Origin: an uncultured Trueperaceae bacterium | Lineage (GTDB): Bacteria > Deinococcota > Deinococci > Deinococcales > Trueperaceae | Length of the DNA: 64,000 bases | Direction of reading: 5' to 3' | NCBI GenBank assembly: GCA_963815215.1 | Contig: CAWFFU010000010.1 | Coordinates: forward strand, 256,001 to 320,000 | Shown here: piece by piece, positions 37,931-49,481 of the stretch | How positions within the stretch are numbered: the stretch's first letter is position 1 | Layout of the letters: every line of letters starts with the position of its first letter | Made by a program: the position numbers and the translations under genes | Notes under the pieces: generated by a model | What the model was told of the DNA's origin: nothing | The model's input: only the letters and a program-made list of their open reading frames with translations | Databases searched by the model: none

Positions 37931-40461
37931 GCGCCCGCGAGCGCCTCGGCCACCAGCTGCTGCACCAGCTTGGGGTCGACGCGGCCCTGCGTGGCGCGCA
38001 TCACCTGTCCCACGAAGAAGCCGCGCAGGCCTTCCTTGCCGCCGCGGAAGCTGGCGACCTCGGCCGGGTGGTCGGCGAGCACGCGGGCGACGACCTCGCG
38101 CACGGCCGCCTCGTCGTCGAGCCGCTCCAGGCCGCGCCGCTGCATCAGCTCCTCGGGGTCCGTGCCCGAGCGCGCGACCTCCCCGAACAGCTCCCGAGCC
38201 ACCGGCAGCGTGAGCGTGCCCTCGCCGACCAGCCGCACCAGCCGGGCCAGCCGCTCGGGCGTCACGCCCAACTCGGCCAGCGGGCGATCCTTGAGCTCGC
38301 GCACCAGGTCGTTGACGACCCAGTTGGCGATGGCCGCCGGGTCGGGATGCTCGGCCACGGCCGCCTCGAAGAAGCCGGCGAGCTCAGCGCGCCCGGCGAT
38401 GAGGGCGGCGTCGTCCAACCCCAGGCCCAGCTCGCGCTGGTAGCGTTCGACGGCCTCGCGCTGGCGCGGCTCGAGCCCCGCCAGCGGGTCGGGCTGGACG
38501 CCGGCCCCGTCGCCGGCGGACGTCGGAACGTCCGGGCCCGTGCCCTCCGTGGCCGGCGCCCCATCGGCGATATCGTCGCCGGTGGCGACGCTGGCGCGGC
38601 GCCAGGTGGGATCGTCGCTCGCCAGCCCTTCGCTCCCCGCAGCTTCGCTCCCGGCGCTCCCTGTGCTCCCGGGTCCTGTGCTCCCGGGTCCTGTGCTCCC
38701 GGGTCCTGTGCTCCTGCGCTCCTTGCTCCTGCGCTCGGATGATCTGCGCTCGGCGGACCTGCGTTCCTCGGACCTACGCGTCCAGGGGTCCTTGAGCGTG
38801 ATGATGCGGTTGAAGACCAGGGCTTCCGAGCGCCCGTCCTCGGGATCGCGCCAGAAGTAGCCGAGGCGCTCGAACTGGTAGCGCGCCGCGGGGTCGTCGT
38901 GGGCCAGGCTCGGCTCCACGAAGCCGTGGCGCACCACCAGCGAGGCAGGGTTCAGGTGCTCGACGAAGTCCTCGCCGTCGGCGCCGGGCTCGGGCACCGT
39001 GAAGAGCCGGTCGTAGAGCCGGAACTCGGCGGGCAGCGCTTCGTCGACCGACAGCCAGTGGATGGCGGCGCCGACCTTCACCCCCTCGGGGTTGCGGCCC
39101 AGGGTGCCCTCCAGCACGCTGCAACGCAGCTCGCTCACGTTGCCGTCGGCGTCCTTAACCACCTCATCGCAGCGGATGACGTGAGCGTGGCGCAGCCGCA
39201 CGGCGCGCCCCGGCGCCAGGCGCCGGAAGCCCTTGGGAGGGTCCTCGCTGAAGTCTTCGCGCTCGATGATGAGGCGGGGGCCGAACGGCAGGCGGCGCCA
39301 CCCCTCCTTCGGCACGTCCGCCGGCCAGTAGGGTGCGTTGAGGGTCTCGCCGGACGTGACGTTGGTGAGCAGCAGTGGCAGCGGGTCGGTCACGGCCATC
39401 GCCCGGGGCGCGGTGGTGTTGAGATCATCGCGCACCGAGTGCTCGAGCAGCGCGATGTCCACCGTGCGGTTGGTGCGCGACACGCTGATGCGGGAGGCGA
39501 AGTTGCGGATGGCCGACGGGCGCACGCCGCGCCGCCGCAGGCCCGCCAGGGTGGGCATGCGCGGGTCGTCCCAGCCGTCGACGTGCCCCTCGTTCACGAG
39601 GCGGATGAGACGGCGCTTGCTGACCACCGTGTACTCCAGGTTGCGGCGACCGAACTCGTACTGGTGGGGGTGCTCCTCGCCGGGGAACAGGCGCGACACC
39701 AGCCAGTCGTAGAGCTCCCGGTTGTCGACGAACTCGAGCGAGCACAGGCTGTGCGTGACGCCTTCGATGGCGTCGGACAGGGGGTGCTGGAAGTCGTAGA
39801 AGGGGTAGATGCACCAGCCGTCGCCGGTGCGGTAGTGCGGGGCGTGCACGATGCGGTACAGCAGCGGGTCGCGCAGTTTCATGTTCGGCGACGCCAGGTC
39901 GATCCTGGCGCGCAGCACGTGGGCGCCGTTCTCGAACTCGCCGGCACGCATGCGCCGGAACAGGTCGAGGTTCTCCTCCGCCGAGCGCTGGCGGAAGGGG
40001 CTGGGGATGCCGGGCTGCTCGACGGTGCCGCGCATGCGCTGGATCTCGCCGGTCGGCAGGCTGTCGACGTAGGCGTCCCCCATGGTGATGAGCTGCTCGG
40101 CGAGCTGGTACAGCCGCTCGAAGTAGTCCGACGCGAAACGCGTTGCCGGCCAGCTCCAGCCGACCCAGCGCAGGTCCTCCTCGATCGAGGTGACGTAGCG
40201 CATCTCCTCGACCTCGGGGTTGGTGTCGTCGAAGCGCAGGTTGCACACGCCGCCGTAGTCGGCGGCCAGCCCGAAGTCCAGGAAGCTGGCGAAGGCGTGC
40301 CCGATGTGGGCGTAGCCGTTCGGCTCCGGAGGGAAGCGCGTGACGACACGGCGGTGACGGCCGCTCTCGAGGTCGCGGTCGATGATGTCGGTGATGAAGT
40401 TGGGGTTCACCAGCCGGGCGGTTTCGGCGTCCGGCGCGGCGTCCCCGTCGGGAGTGGTCAC
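37927..40461 (-). CDS. glnS: Glutamine--tRNA ligase with C-terminal YqeY domain
   Basis: TRFPPEPNGYAHIGH, RFDDTNP, GWDDPR, YQFERLGYF and a GatB/YqeY-like tail (GFFVGQVMR). Confidence 0.96.
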   Translation of the reverse strand: MTTPDGDAAPDAETARLVNPNFITDIIDRDLESGRHRRVVTRFPPEPNGYAHIGHAFASFLDFGLAADYGGVCNLRFDDTNPEVEEMRYVTSIEEDLRWVGWSWPATRFASDYFERLYQLAEQLITMGDAYVDSLPTGEIQRMRGTVEQPGIPSPFRQRSAEENLDLFRRMRAGEFENGAHVLRARIDLASPNMKLRDPLLYRIVHAPHYRTGDGWCIYPFYDFQHPLSDAIEGVTHSLCSLEFVDNRELYDWLVSRLFPGEEHPHQYEFGRRNLEYTVVSKRRLIRLVNEGHVDGWDDPRMPTLAGLRRRGVRPSAIRNFASRISVSRTNRTVDIALLEHSVRDDLNTTAPRAMAVTDPLPLLLTNVTSGETLNAPYWPADVPKEGWRRLPFGPRLIIEREDFSEDPPKGFRRLAPGRAVRLRHAHVIRCDEVVKDADGNVSELRCSVLEGTLGRNPEGVKVGAAIHWLSVDEALPAEFRLYDRLFTVPEPGADGEDFVEHLNPASLVVRHGFVEPSLAHDDPAARYQFERLGYFWRDPEDGRSEALVFNRIITLKDPWTRRSEERRSAERRSSERRSKERRSTGPGSTGPGSTGPGSTGSAGSEAAGSEGLASDDPTWRRASVATGDDIADGAPATEGTGPDVPTSAGDGAGVQPDPLAGLEPRQREAVERYQRELGLGLDDAALIAGRAELAGFFEAAVAEHPDPAAIANWVVNDLVRELKDRPLAELGVTPERLARLVRLVGEGTLTLPVARELFGEVARSGTDPEELMQRRGLERLDDEAAVREVVARVLADHPAEVASFRGGKEGLRGFFVGQVMRATQGRVDPKLVQQLVAEALAGA

Positions 40462-40560
40462 GTCGCTGGCTCCTTCGCCGGCCCTCCGGCGGCGCGCTGC
40501 CTGACAGGCCGCGCCCGGGCCGCTCCTCAGCTTAGCGCAGCCGCCCGCGGCCCGCGGGCG

Positions 40561-41496
40561 TCAACGGAGGATCACCAGCGTGACGAAGTAGTAGGTCACC
40601 GGCACTGCGAACAGGGTGCTGTCGATGCGGTCGAGCACGCCTCCATGGCCGGGCAGGAAGATGCCGGCGTCCTTCACTCCGACCCAGCGCTTGATCAGCG
40701 ACTCGAACAGGTCGCCGAGTTGCGCCGCGCTGCCGACCAGCAGGCTGAACAGCAGGCCGTCGTAGAGATCGACGTGCAGGTGTGCCAGCCGCTTCAGCAG
40801 GAAGGTGGCGGCAGCCACCACGCCCACCGACAGGATCAGCCCGCCGAGCGAGCCCTCCACCGTCTTGTTGGGGCTGATGAGCGGGGCGAGCTTGCGCCGT
40901 CCCAGCCAGGATCCGATGGCGTAGGCGCCGACGTCGGAGGCCACGATGGCCAGCATCGGCAGCGTCAGGTACCACAGGCCCAGCACACCGTTGGGGGTGT
41001 AGCGCAGGGTGATGGTGTAGCCGAACAGCCAGGGGATGTACAGGTAGCCGAACATCGAATAGACGATGGTGTTGACCGAGTCGCGGCGCGGCGCCACGAC
41101 CTCGATGCCGATCAGGTAGAGCGCGACCAGGCCGAGCACGAGCTCACGCCAGCTCACACCGGCGATGAGCGGCTGCATGCCGGGGTAGGTGGCCGGCAGC
41201 GAGGCGGGCAGGGTGAGGGCGGCGGCCACCCAGAGGCTGCGCTTGCGCACGCGGATGCCGCGCAACGCCACCATCGACGCGAACTCCTGCAGAGCGATGA
41301 ACGACAACACCAGATAGGCGGGCGCCAGCAACGGCAGCCCCACCCAGAACACCAGCAGCGCCGCCAGGAACGCAGCGAAGGCGCTGGCGATGCGCGCCAC
41401 GTGCACGCCCTCCCGGCGGCGTACCGGATCCGCCTCCGCCGCCGACCTCGCCAGGCGATCGCGGGCCGAGCCCTCGACGCGCTCGTTCACGCGCAC
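40561..41496 (-). CDS. cdsA: Phosphatidate cytidylyltransferase (start may be 41403)
   Basis: SPNKTVEG, GDLFESLIKR and PGHGGVLDRIDS. Confidence 0.95.
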   Translation of the reverse strand: MRVNERVEGSARDRLARSAAEADPVRRREGVHVARIASAFAAFLAALLVFWVGLPLLAPAYLVLSFIALQEFASMVALRGIRVRKRSLWVAAALTLPASLPATYPGMQPLIAGVSWRELVLGLVALYLIGIEVVAPRRDSVNTIVYSMFGYLYIPWLFGYTITLRYTPNGVLGLWYLTLPMLAIVASDVGAYAIGSWLGRRKLAPLISPNKTVEGSLGGLILSVGVVAAATFLLKRLAHLHVDLYDGLLFSLLVGSAAQLGDLFESLIKRWVGVKDAGIFLPGHGGVLDRIDSTLFAVPVTYYFVTLVILR

Positions 41497-41586
41497 ACCG
41501 CTCGCCCGCTCACGGGCGCCCCTCGCCGATCCTCGCGCGCACGCCGCTCATCGCGACCTCCCCGCTGCTCGCCACGCGTGCCCCGG

Positions 41587-42141
41587 TCACACGGCGAGGA
41601 TGTCCTCTTCCTTGGTCTTGACGCGGCCGTCGATGTCGGCCGTGAACTCGTCGGTCAGCTTCTGGACCTCGGCCTCGCCGCGCCGCAGGTCGTCCTCGGT
41701 GATGTCGTTGTCCTTCTGCATGTCCTTGAGGCTGTCGTTGCTGTCGCGCCGGATGTTGCGGATCGCTACGCGGGCCTCCTCGGCCATGCCGTGCACCGCA
41801 CGCACCAGGTCGCGGCGCCGCTCGTCGTTGAGCGCCGGCACACTGATGAAGATGGCGTCGCCCTGGTTGTTGGGGTTGAACCCCAGGTCGCTCTCCTGGA
41901 TCGCGCGGTCGATCTCCTTGGCCGCCGACTTGTCGAACGGCGTGATGAGGAGGGTGCGGGGATCGGGGCTGGAGATGGAGGCGATCTGGGTCAGCGGTAC
42001 GCTACTGCCGTAGTACTCGACCATCACGCGGTTGAGGATGGCGGGGTTGGCCCTGCCGGTGCGCACGGTGGCGACGTTCGACTCGAAGGCTTCGAGGGAC
42101 TTCTCCATGCGTTCCCGCGTTTCCTTCAGGACGCTCTTCAT
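41587..42141 (-). CDS. frr: Ribosome recycling factor
   Basis: RTGRANP, YYG, LGFNP and RVAIRNIRRD. Confidence 0.98.
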   Translation of the reverse strand: MKSVLKETRERMEKSLEAFESNVATVRTGRANPAILNRVMVEYYGSSVPLTQIASISSPDPRTLLITPFDKSAAKEIDRAIQESDLGFNPNNQGDAIFISVPALNDERRRDLVRAVHGMAEEARVAIRNIRRDSNDSLKDMQKDNDITEDDLRRGEAEVQKLTDEFTADIDGRVKTKEEDILAV

Positions 42142-42244
42142 CAGCGGTACCTCCTGCACTTCCCTTCGTCTGGGGCCCAGTCTACCGCGCGGTGGCGCGA
42201 CGCGAACCGGGCGAGCGCGATGGGGCAGGAGGACGCTCGGAGCG

Positions 42245-42976
<732 letters not shown>

Positions 42977-43570
42977 CTACTCCCCGATGGCGATGCGCGC
43001 GTAGCGCCCCACCTGGATGTTCTCACCGATGGTCGCGATGGCTTCCTTGATCAAGGTGTCGACGGTCTTCTTGTCGTCCTTGATGTAGGGCTGCTCGAGC
43101 AGGCAGATCTCGGCGAAGAACTTGTTCAGGCGCCCTTCCGCGATCTTCTCGACCACGTTGGCGGGCTTGCCTTCGGTGGCGGCCTGCTTGGCGAAGGCCG
43201 CGCGTTCGGCGTCGGCGAGCTCCTGGGGCACCTGGTCCCGGCTGACGTACTTCGGGTCGTTCATCGCGATGTGCATCGCGATGTTGCGCGCCAGATCCTG
43301 GAACTGCTCGTTGAGGGCCACGAAGTCCGTCTCGCAGTTCAGCTCGATCATCACGCCGATCTTGCCGTTGTGATGGATGTAGGTGCCGATGAAGCCCTCG
43401 CCGGCGGCGCGGTCGGCCTTCTTGGCGGCCTTGGCGATGCCGCGCTCGCGCAGTAGTGCCGCCGCCTTGTCGATGTCACCCTCGGTTTCGTCGAGGGCCC
43501 GCTTGACATCCATCATGCCCGCCCCGGTCTGGGCGCGAAGCTGCTTGATCGATTCGGTGCTCACTGCCAT
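42977..43570 (-). CDS. tsf: Elongation factor Ts (short, Thermus-type)
   Basis: LRAQTGAGMMD and ELNCETDFVA. 197 aa. Confidence 0.97.
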   Translation of the reverse strand: MAVSTESIKQLRAQTGAGMMDVKRALDETEGDIDKAAALLRERGIAKAAKKADRAAGEGFIGTYIHHNGKIGVMIELNCETDFVALNEQFQDLARNIAMHIAMNDPKYVSRDQVPQELADAERAAFAKQAATEGKPANVVEKIAEGRLNKFFAEICLLEQPYIKDDKKTVDTLIKEAIATIGENIQVGRYARIAIGE

Positions 43571-43602
43571 AGTCGTCGTTCCTCCGCGTCGGGCGCTGCT
43601 GG

Positions 43603-44730
43603 TCAGCGCTCGTCTTCGTCGTCGCTCGCGGTCTCGCCCTGCTCCTGCTGGGCCGGTTCCGCGCTGGTCTCATCCTCGTCGCTCGCAGCGGACGCCTTGG
43701 CCCGGCGCCGGGGCTTGGCCTCCGAAGGCGCTTCCGGCGCGGCTTCCGCGTCGGCGGCACCCTCCGCTTCCGGCTCCGCGTCGGTTTCCGCTTCGGTTGC
43801 CGCGTCAGTCGCCGCGTCAGTCGCCGCGTCGGTCGCGGCCTCCGCCTCAGGAACCTCGGGCTTCGGCGCCGCCGGGGCAGGCGGCGTCTCGGCCGCGGCC
43901 GGAGCGGCCGCCTGGCCCTCTGCCTGGCCCTCCGCCATCGCCGCCGCGGCCTTGATGGTCCGTTCGGGCGACGACATCGGGGTCGGCAGCGTCTCGCGCT
44001 GGCCCGACGTGGCCGACGCTTCGGCCGGCTGTTCGACCGGCTCGTCGGCGCCGCCCTTGACCTCGATGATGACGTCGGAGAGGCGCGCCGTGACGAGCTG
44101 GATGGAGCGGATAGCGTCGTCGTTGCCCGGGATGATGAAGTCCAGGACGTCGGGATCGCTGTCGGTGTCGGCCAGGGCCACGACCGGGATGTCGAGCTTG
44201 TTGGCTTCCTTGACCGCGATCGCCTCCTTGGTGGGGTCGATCACGAACAGCGCGTCCGGCAGGCGGTTCATGTCACGGATCCCGCCCAGGTAGCGCTGCA
44301 GACGCTGCAGCTCCTTGCCCATGGCGATCTGTTCCTTCTTGGTGAAGCGCAGGATCGACTCGTCGTCGAACATCCCCTGCAGGTCCTTGAGCCGGTCGAC
44401 GCGCGTGCGGATGGTCTTGAAGTTGGTCAGCAGGCCGCCGAGCCAGCGCTCGTTGATGAACGGCATGCCGCAGCGCTTGGCCTCCGCCGCCAGGATCTCC
44501 TGAGCCTGCTTCTTGGTGCCGACGAACAGGATGGTGTTGCCGCGGCCGGCCATGTCGCGCAGGAAGTTGAACGACTTCTCGCTCTCTACCAGCGTCTTCT
44601 GCAGATCGATGATGAAGATGCCGTTGCGCTCCGCGAAGATGTAGCGCTTCATCTTCGGGTTCCAGCGCTTCGTCTCGTGCCCGAAGTGCACGCCGGCTTC
44701 CAGCAGTTGCTTCATTCCGAGGTACGACAT
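43603..44730 (-). CDS. rpsB: 30S ribosomal protein S2 with long acidic/Ala-rich tail
   Basis: [20 protein letters not shown] and PGNDDAIRS. Confidence 0.98.
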   Translation of the reverse strand: MSYLGMKQLLEAGVHFGHETKRWNPKMKRYIFAERNGIFIIDLQKTLVESEKSFNFLRDMAGRGNTILFVGTKKQAQEILAAEAKRCGMPFINERWLGGLLTNFKTIRTRVDRLKDLQGMFDDESILRFTKKEQIAMGKELQRLQRYLGGIRDMNRLPDALFVIDPTKEAIAVKEANKLDIPVVALADTDSDPDVLDFIIPGNDDAIRSIQLVTARLSDVIIEVKGGADEPVEQPAEASATSGQRETLPTPMSSPERTIKAAAAMAEGQAEGQAAAPAAAETPPAPAAPKPEVPEAEAATDAATDAATDAATEAETDAEPEAEGAADAEAAPEAPSEAKPRRRAKASAASDEDETSAEPAQQEQGETASDDEDER

Positions 44731-44734
44731 CTGT

Positions 44735-44845
44735 GTTCCTCCAGGGCGGGATGTTGAGGTGAGAATCGGGAGGCCTGGGGCGCTCCCCATCCTGCCGTTG
44801 GCGCGGCGGACATCCCGCTACCGCCGACCAAACCTCCGCAGTATA
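44735..44845 (-). promoter_or_regulatory. rpsB promoter and structured 5' leader (likely S2 autogenous control)
   Basis: TATACT at 44840-44845. A 9-bp stem gcgggatgt/acatcccgc (44746-44754 with 44810-44818) closes next to the RBS. Confidence 0.55.
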
Positions 44846-45084
44846 CAGGAGCGTTCTCATGCCAGGCCACTGCGCCCGACGTGAGCGTGCGACGGGCCGT
44901 GCGGCGAGGCCGGCCGGGGTGGCCGGTCGGGGTGGGTCCGCCCGAGGTGGCCGGTCGCCTCCATACGGGAACGGGCGGACCGGAGGACCGGACCGCCCGC
45001 AGGGGTCGTGGGTTCGGAGCGTAGACGCTCGGAGCCGCGAGTCCGCGCCGGGGAGCTCAGGGCGCGGTTCTCAGGGCGCGGTAC

Positions 45085-46278
45085 TCAGGGAAGGGAGCTC
45101 AGGGCGTCCTTCGCAGGCTGGTACGTGGCGTCGATCTGCAGTGCGTGCTGGTACGCCTGACGGGCGTTCTGGACGTCGCCGCTGGCACCGCGAGCCTGGT
45201 AGGCCTGACCCAGCCAGTAGTAGGCGTCGGCGCTCTCCGGCGGAAGCAGGGCGCCCTGCTGGGCCCGCTTCACGGCCTCGTCGACCTTACCGGTCTTCAG
45301 GTAGGCGCGCGCCAGGTAGGTGTACAGCGGCGGCGCGAACACCGCACCGTTGAGCTTGAGCGCGGCCTCCAGCTTGGAGACGCTGTCCTTCACGTCGCCG
45401 CACTCGAACAAGGTGATGCCGAGCTGCGACATCGCCGACAGCGACTGCGGGTCGAGGCTGACCGCCTGCGAGAGCTCGTACTCGGCGGTGCTGCAGTCCT
45501 TCAGGCGGTAGGCCACGTTGCCCAGGTTGTTGTGCGCGGAGCTGCTGGCGGGGTCGAGCACCACCGCCCGACGGAACGCCTGCTGCGCCAGTTTGAGGTC
45601 GCCCTGGTCGCGGTAGACGCGCCCCAGGTTGACCTGGATGGTCGAGCGCTCCGGGTTGGTCAGGTTCTTGCCGGCGGCGCTGGAGGCCTGCGACACGGCC
45701 TGCTCGAGCACCGTCTGCGCCTCCTTGAGGTTGCCCAGGTCGTAGAGCACCACGCCCTTGGTGTTGAGCACCTTGGGATCCTGCGGCGCGATCGCTTCGG
45801 CCTGCTTGGCGGTGTCCAGGGCGTCGCTCAGGCGGTTGGGATAGCTCTTGGGGTCGCTCTGGTACTCGTCGCGGTAGGTGAGCGCCAGGTGCACCATGGC
45901 GAGCACGTTCTTGGGGTCCTGCTTGAGGGCCGCCTGGTAGGCGTCGATGGCCTGGGCGTAGGCCTGCTGGCACGACAGCGACCGGCCCTTGCCGACCAGC
46001 GCCTCGACGTTGGTCGGGTCGGTCTTCAGGGCCTCCTGGAAGAAGTACTGTGCCAGCGCGCAGTCGCCGTGGCCCAGATAGAACTGGCCGTCGCTCAGCA
46101 GAGTGGGCACGTCCGGGGGGCCGGACTTCGTGGGAGCCTGCGCCAGCGTCTTCGACTGGGTGGCGGGCGCGGTCGTGGAGCTCTGCGCGAAGGCGGTGGC
46201 GAGGCCCAGACCGACGGTCAGGGTCGCCAGCAGGACCTTCCCCCAGGCGCCGGTTCTGTTGTTCCTGATGCTGATCAA
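45085..46278 (-). CDS. Exported tetratricopeptide repeat protein
   Basis: Signal peptide and many TPRs (NLGRVY, NNLGNVAY, YYWLGQAY). TTG start follows GGAGG, with extended -10 TGcTACACT at 46328-46336. Confidence 0.88.
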   Translation of the reverse strand: MISIRNNRTGAWGKVLLATLTVGLGLATAFAQSSTTAPATQSKTLAQAPTKSGPPDVPTLLSDGQFYLGHGDCALAQYFFQEALKTDPTNVEALVGKGRSLSCQQAYAQAIDAYQAALKQDPKNVLAMVHLALTYRDEYQSDPKSYPNRLSDALDTAKQAEAIAPQDPKVLNTKGVVLYDLGNLKEAQTVLEQAVSQASSAAGKNLTNPERSTIQVNLGRVYRDQGDLKLAQQAFRRAVVLDPASSSAHNNLGNVAYRLKDCSTAEYELSQAVSLDPQSLSAMSQLGITLFECGDVKDSVSKLEAALKLNGAVFAPPLYTYLARAYLKTGKVDEAVKRAQQGALLPPESADAYYWLGQAYQARGASGDVQNARQAYQHALQIDATYQPAKDALSSLP

Positions 46279-46580
46279 CGTGTCCTCCGACAGGTCATGC
46301 GGTGTTGTGCGTGTCCAGGATGGGGCGAGTGTAGCATCCGGCCTTCCACTGCCGTCGCCCGACGAGGCATTCACGGTGGTGGATAGCGGGCCGGGTGGCG
46401 GAGCGGGCCCTCAACGCGATGCCGCCGTCGAACGGAGCCTGGGCCCGCGGATAGGGCGTCGCTCGGTGACGTCCATTGCTGCCCATGATGACCACCCACT
46501 GTGAGAATGGGGTGTGCAGCACGGAACATATGCCCCTCTCGCGAGACTCGCGGCAGAGCCCTGCGGCGCCGTGGCGGGAC

Positions 46581-47263
<683 letters not shown>

Positions 47264-47267
<4 letters not shown>

Positions 47268-47338
47268 GGCCGGACGGCTCCGCGGCGGAGGGCCGGGGAC
47301 GCGCCGCCGGCCGGGGACCTGCGTTCGATTGCGAGCAC
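47264..47338 (-). CDS. Putative leaderless 24-aa uORF coupled to the PIG-L gene
   Basis: TAGAAT-6 nt-GTG. The TGA overlaps the downstream ATG (ATGA). Confidence 0.35.
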
Positions 47339-47572
47339 GTCGGGATTCTACCGCGTCGCGCCGCTGCGGGGCCGTCGCCGTCGTACGGCGGGCGCGCCCG
47401 CGCAGGATCGAGTGCTAGCATCGCGCCACCGAACCTCGGACGCTCGAGGCCGGACCCGTCGCGCGTAGGCTCGCGAGGCGTTAGCATGGGTGCGCCCGGG
47501 ACAGATGTCCCCAGGTTCGCCTGGCGACGAGAGCATCCTGCGCGGCGTCCCACGTGTGAGAGAGGAAAACGC

Positions 47573-48550
47573 ATGGCCGAAGCGAGGCGACCTTCCACCC
47601 ATGTCCTGGCCTGGTTCGCCCTGGCAGGCAACGCCCTGGTCATCCTGCAGGGCGCGTTCGTCCGGGCGTCGGGCTCCGGTGCCGGTTGCGGCGGCCACTG
47701 GCCGACCTGCAACGGTGAGGTCGTTCCGCTGAACGCCAACGTGCACACACTGATCGAGTTCACCCACCGCGTACTGGCGCTGACGGTGCTGGTACTGGGC
47801 GTGTGGCTGCTGGTCCGGGCCATCCGGATGCGCAAGGAAGCGCCGGGCTTCAGCGCCTTCACCTACGCGGCCTTCTACTTCCTGATCATGGAGGCGCTCC
47901 TCGGCGCCGTCACCGTGGTGTTCGGGCTCACCGGCGACAACCAGAGCCTGGCCCGCGGGGTGTTGGTGGCCGTCCACCTGGTGAACTCGCTGCTGCTCGT
48001 CGGCACGCTCACCGGGATGGTGGTGTTCTCGCGCCCCCGCCCGCCCGCCTGGCCGCTGCGTCTGGGTCGCCAGGGTGCGCTGGCCACCGTGCTCGGTCTC
48101 GGCCTGGTCAGCATGCTGGTGCTGATCTTCTCGGGCGGCATCGCCGCCATGGGCAACACCATGTTCCCCTCGACCTCGTTACAGCAGGGATTCGCCGCGG
48201 ACTTCAACCCCGCCTCGCACACGCTCATCCGTCTGCGCATCCTTCACCCGCTCATCGCCATCACCGTCGGCACCTACCTCTTCGTCGGGCTGGGGCTCAG
48301 CTGGTGGATCAAGCCCACGCCCTCGGCGCGGCGCACCGCCCAGGCGCTGCTGGGCGTCTACCTGGCGCAGCTGGTCGTCGGAACGGCCAACCTGGCGTTC
48401 CTGGCGCCGATGGCGTTGCAGCTGCTCCACCTGACGATGGCCGTGCTGGCCTTCGCGTTGCTCACCACCCTCACGCTCGAGATGCTCGGCGGCCAGGCGA
48501 CGCTCCGCGAGGGCGCCGCCCAACAGCGCGCCGCGATGGAGAAGGCGTAG
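47573..48550 (+). CDS. ctaA: Heme A synthase (COX15/CtaA)
   Basis: GCGGHWPTCNG, IEFTHR, AVHL, ILHP and LLHL. Confidence 0.9.
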   Translation: MAEARRPSTHVLAWFALAGNALVILQGAFVRASGSGAGCGGHWPTCNGEVVPLNANVHTLIEFTHRVLALTVLVLGVWLLVRAIRMRKEAPGFSAFTYAAFYFLIMEALLGAVTVVFGLTGDNQSLARGVLVAVHLVNSLLLVGTLTGMVVFSRPRPPAWPLRLGRQGALATVLGLGLVSMLVLIFSGGIAAMGNTMFPSTSLQQGFAADFNPASHTLIRLRILHPLIAITVGTYLFVGLGLSWWIKPTPSARRTAQALLGVYLAQLVVGTANLAFLAPMALQLLHLTMAVLAFALLTTLTLEMLGGQATLREGAAQQRAAMEKA

Positions 48551-48552
48551 CC

Positions 48553-49470
48553 ATGGCCGATACCCTGCCACCCGAAGCTGCCGCGCCCGCGCGCGCCACC
48601 GTGGGCGACTACATCACCTTGACCAAGCCGAAGGTGATCAGCCTGCTGCTGCTCACCACCGTGGGCGCCATGTTCATCGCCGCGCGTGGCTTCCCCGGCT
48701 GGATCCCGCTCATCGGCGTGATGCTCGGTGGTTACATGTCGGCGGGCGCCGCCGGCGTGTTCAACATGGTCTACGACCGCGACATCGACGAGCGCATGCG
48801 CCGCACCGCCAAGCGCCCGACCGTCACGCAGGTGGTGCCCACGCGCAACGCCCTCGTCTTCGGCGTGGCGCTGACGCTGGGGTCGTTCCTGGCCATCGCG
48901 CTGTCCACCAACGTGCTGGCGGCCCTGCTCTCGTGGGCGGGCATCGCCTTCTACGTGATCGTCTACACCATGTGGCTGAAGCGCAGCACCTGGCAGAACA
49001 TCGTCATCGGCGGGGCCGCCGGGGCCATCCCGCCGCTGGTCGGCTGGGCGGCCGTGACCGGTCACCTCAGCCTGCTGGCGTGGGTCCTGTTCGCGCTGGT
49101 GTTCATGTGGACGCCGGTCCACTTCTGGGCGCTGGCGCTGATGATCAAGGACGAGTACCACAAGGTCGGGGTACCGATGGCGCCGTCCGTCATCGGCGAG
49201 CGCGCCACGGTGATGCAGATGGTGATGTACGCCTTGCTCACCATGGTGCTGACGGTGGCGCCGTTCTTCCTGCACGCGTTCAGCCCGGCCTACTTCCTGG
49301 CCGCGCTGGGGCTCAATGTCGTGCTGGCGTTGCGGGTCCTGCGGCTGTTCCAGATCGCCCGCGCCGGAACCCCCATCGATAAGGTGACGGCGTTGCCGCT
49401 GTACAAGTATTCGATGACCTACCTGGCGCTGGTCTTCCTCAGCATGGCGCTCGACCGGATCTTCTTCTGA
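48553..49470 (+). CDS. ctaB: Protoheme IX farnesyltransferase (heme O synthase)
   Basis: LTKPKV, DRDIDERMRRT..RP, NIVIGGAAGA and WTPVHFWAL. Confidence 0.96.
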   Translation: MADTLPPEAAAPARATVGDYITLTKPKVISLLLLTTVGAMFIAARGFPGWIPLIGVMLGGYMSAGAAGVFNMVYDRDIDERMRRTAKRPTVTQVVPTRNALVFGVALTLGSFLAIALSTNVLAALLSWAGIAFYVIVYTMWLKRSTWQNIVIGGAAGAIPPLVGWAAVTGHLSLLAWVLFALVFMWTPVHFWALALMIKDEYHKVGVPMAPSVIGERATVMQMVMYALLTMVLTVAPFFLHAFSPAYFLAALGLNVVLALRVLRLFQIARAGTPIDKVTALPLYKYSMTYLALVFLSMALDRIFF

Positions 49471-49481
49471 AGGGCAGCTCC

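Noticed and set aside
44850..45084. rpsB-TPR and TPR-PIG-L (46340-46580) gaps as tRNA or ncRNA loci
   Set aside because: I saw no cloverleaf, T-loop or other recognisable RNA motif, only a short duplication of the TPR gene 3' end (ctcagggcg).
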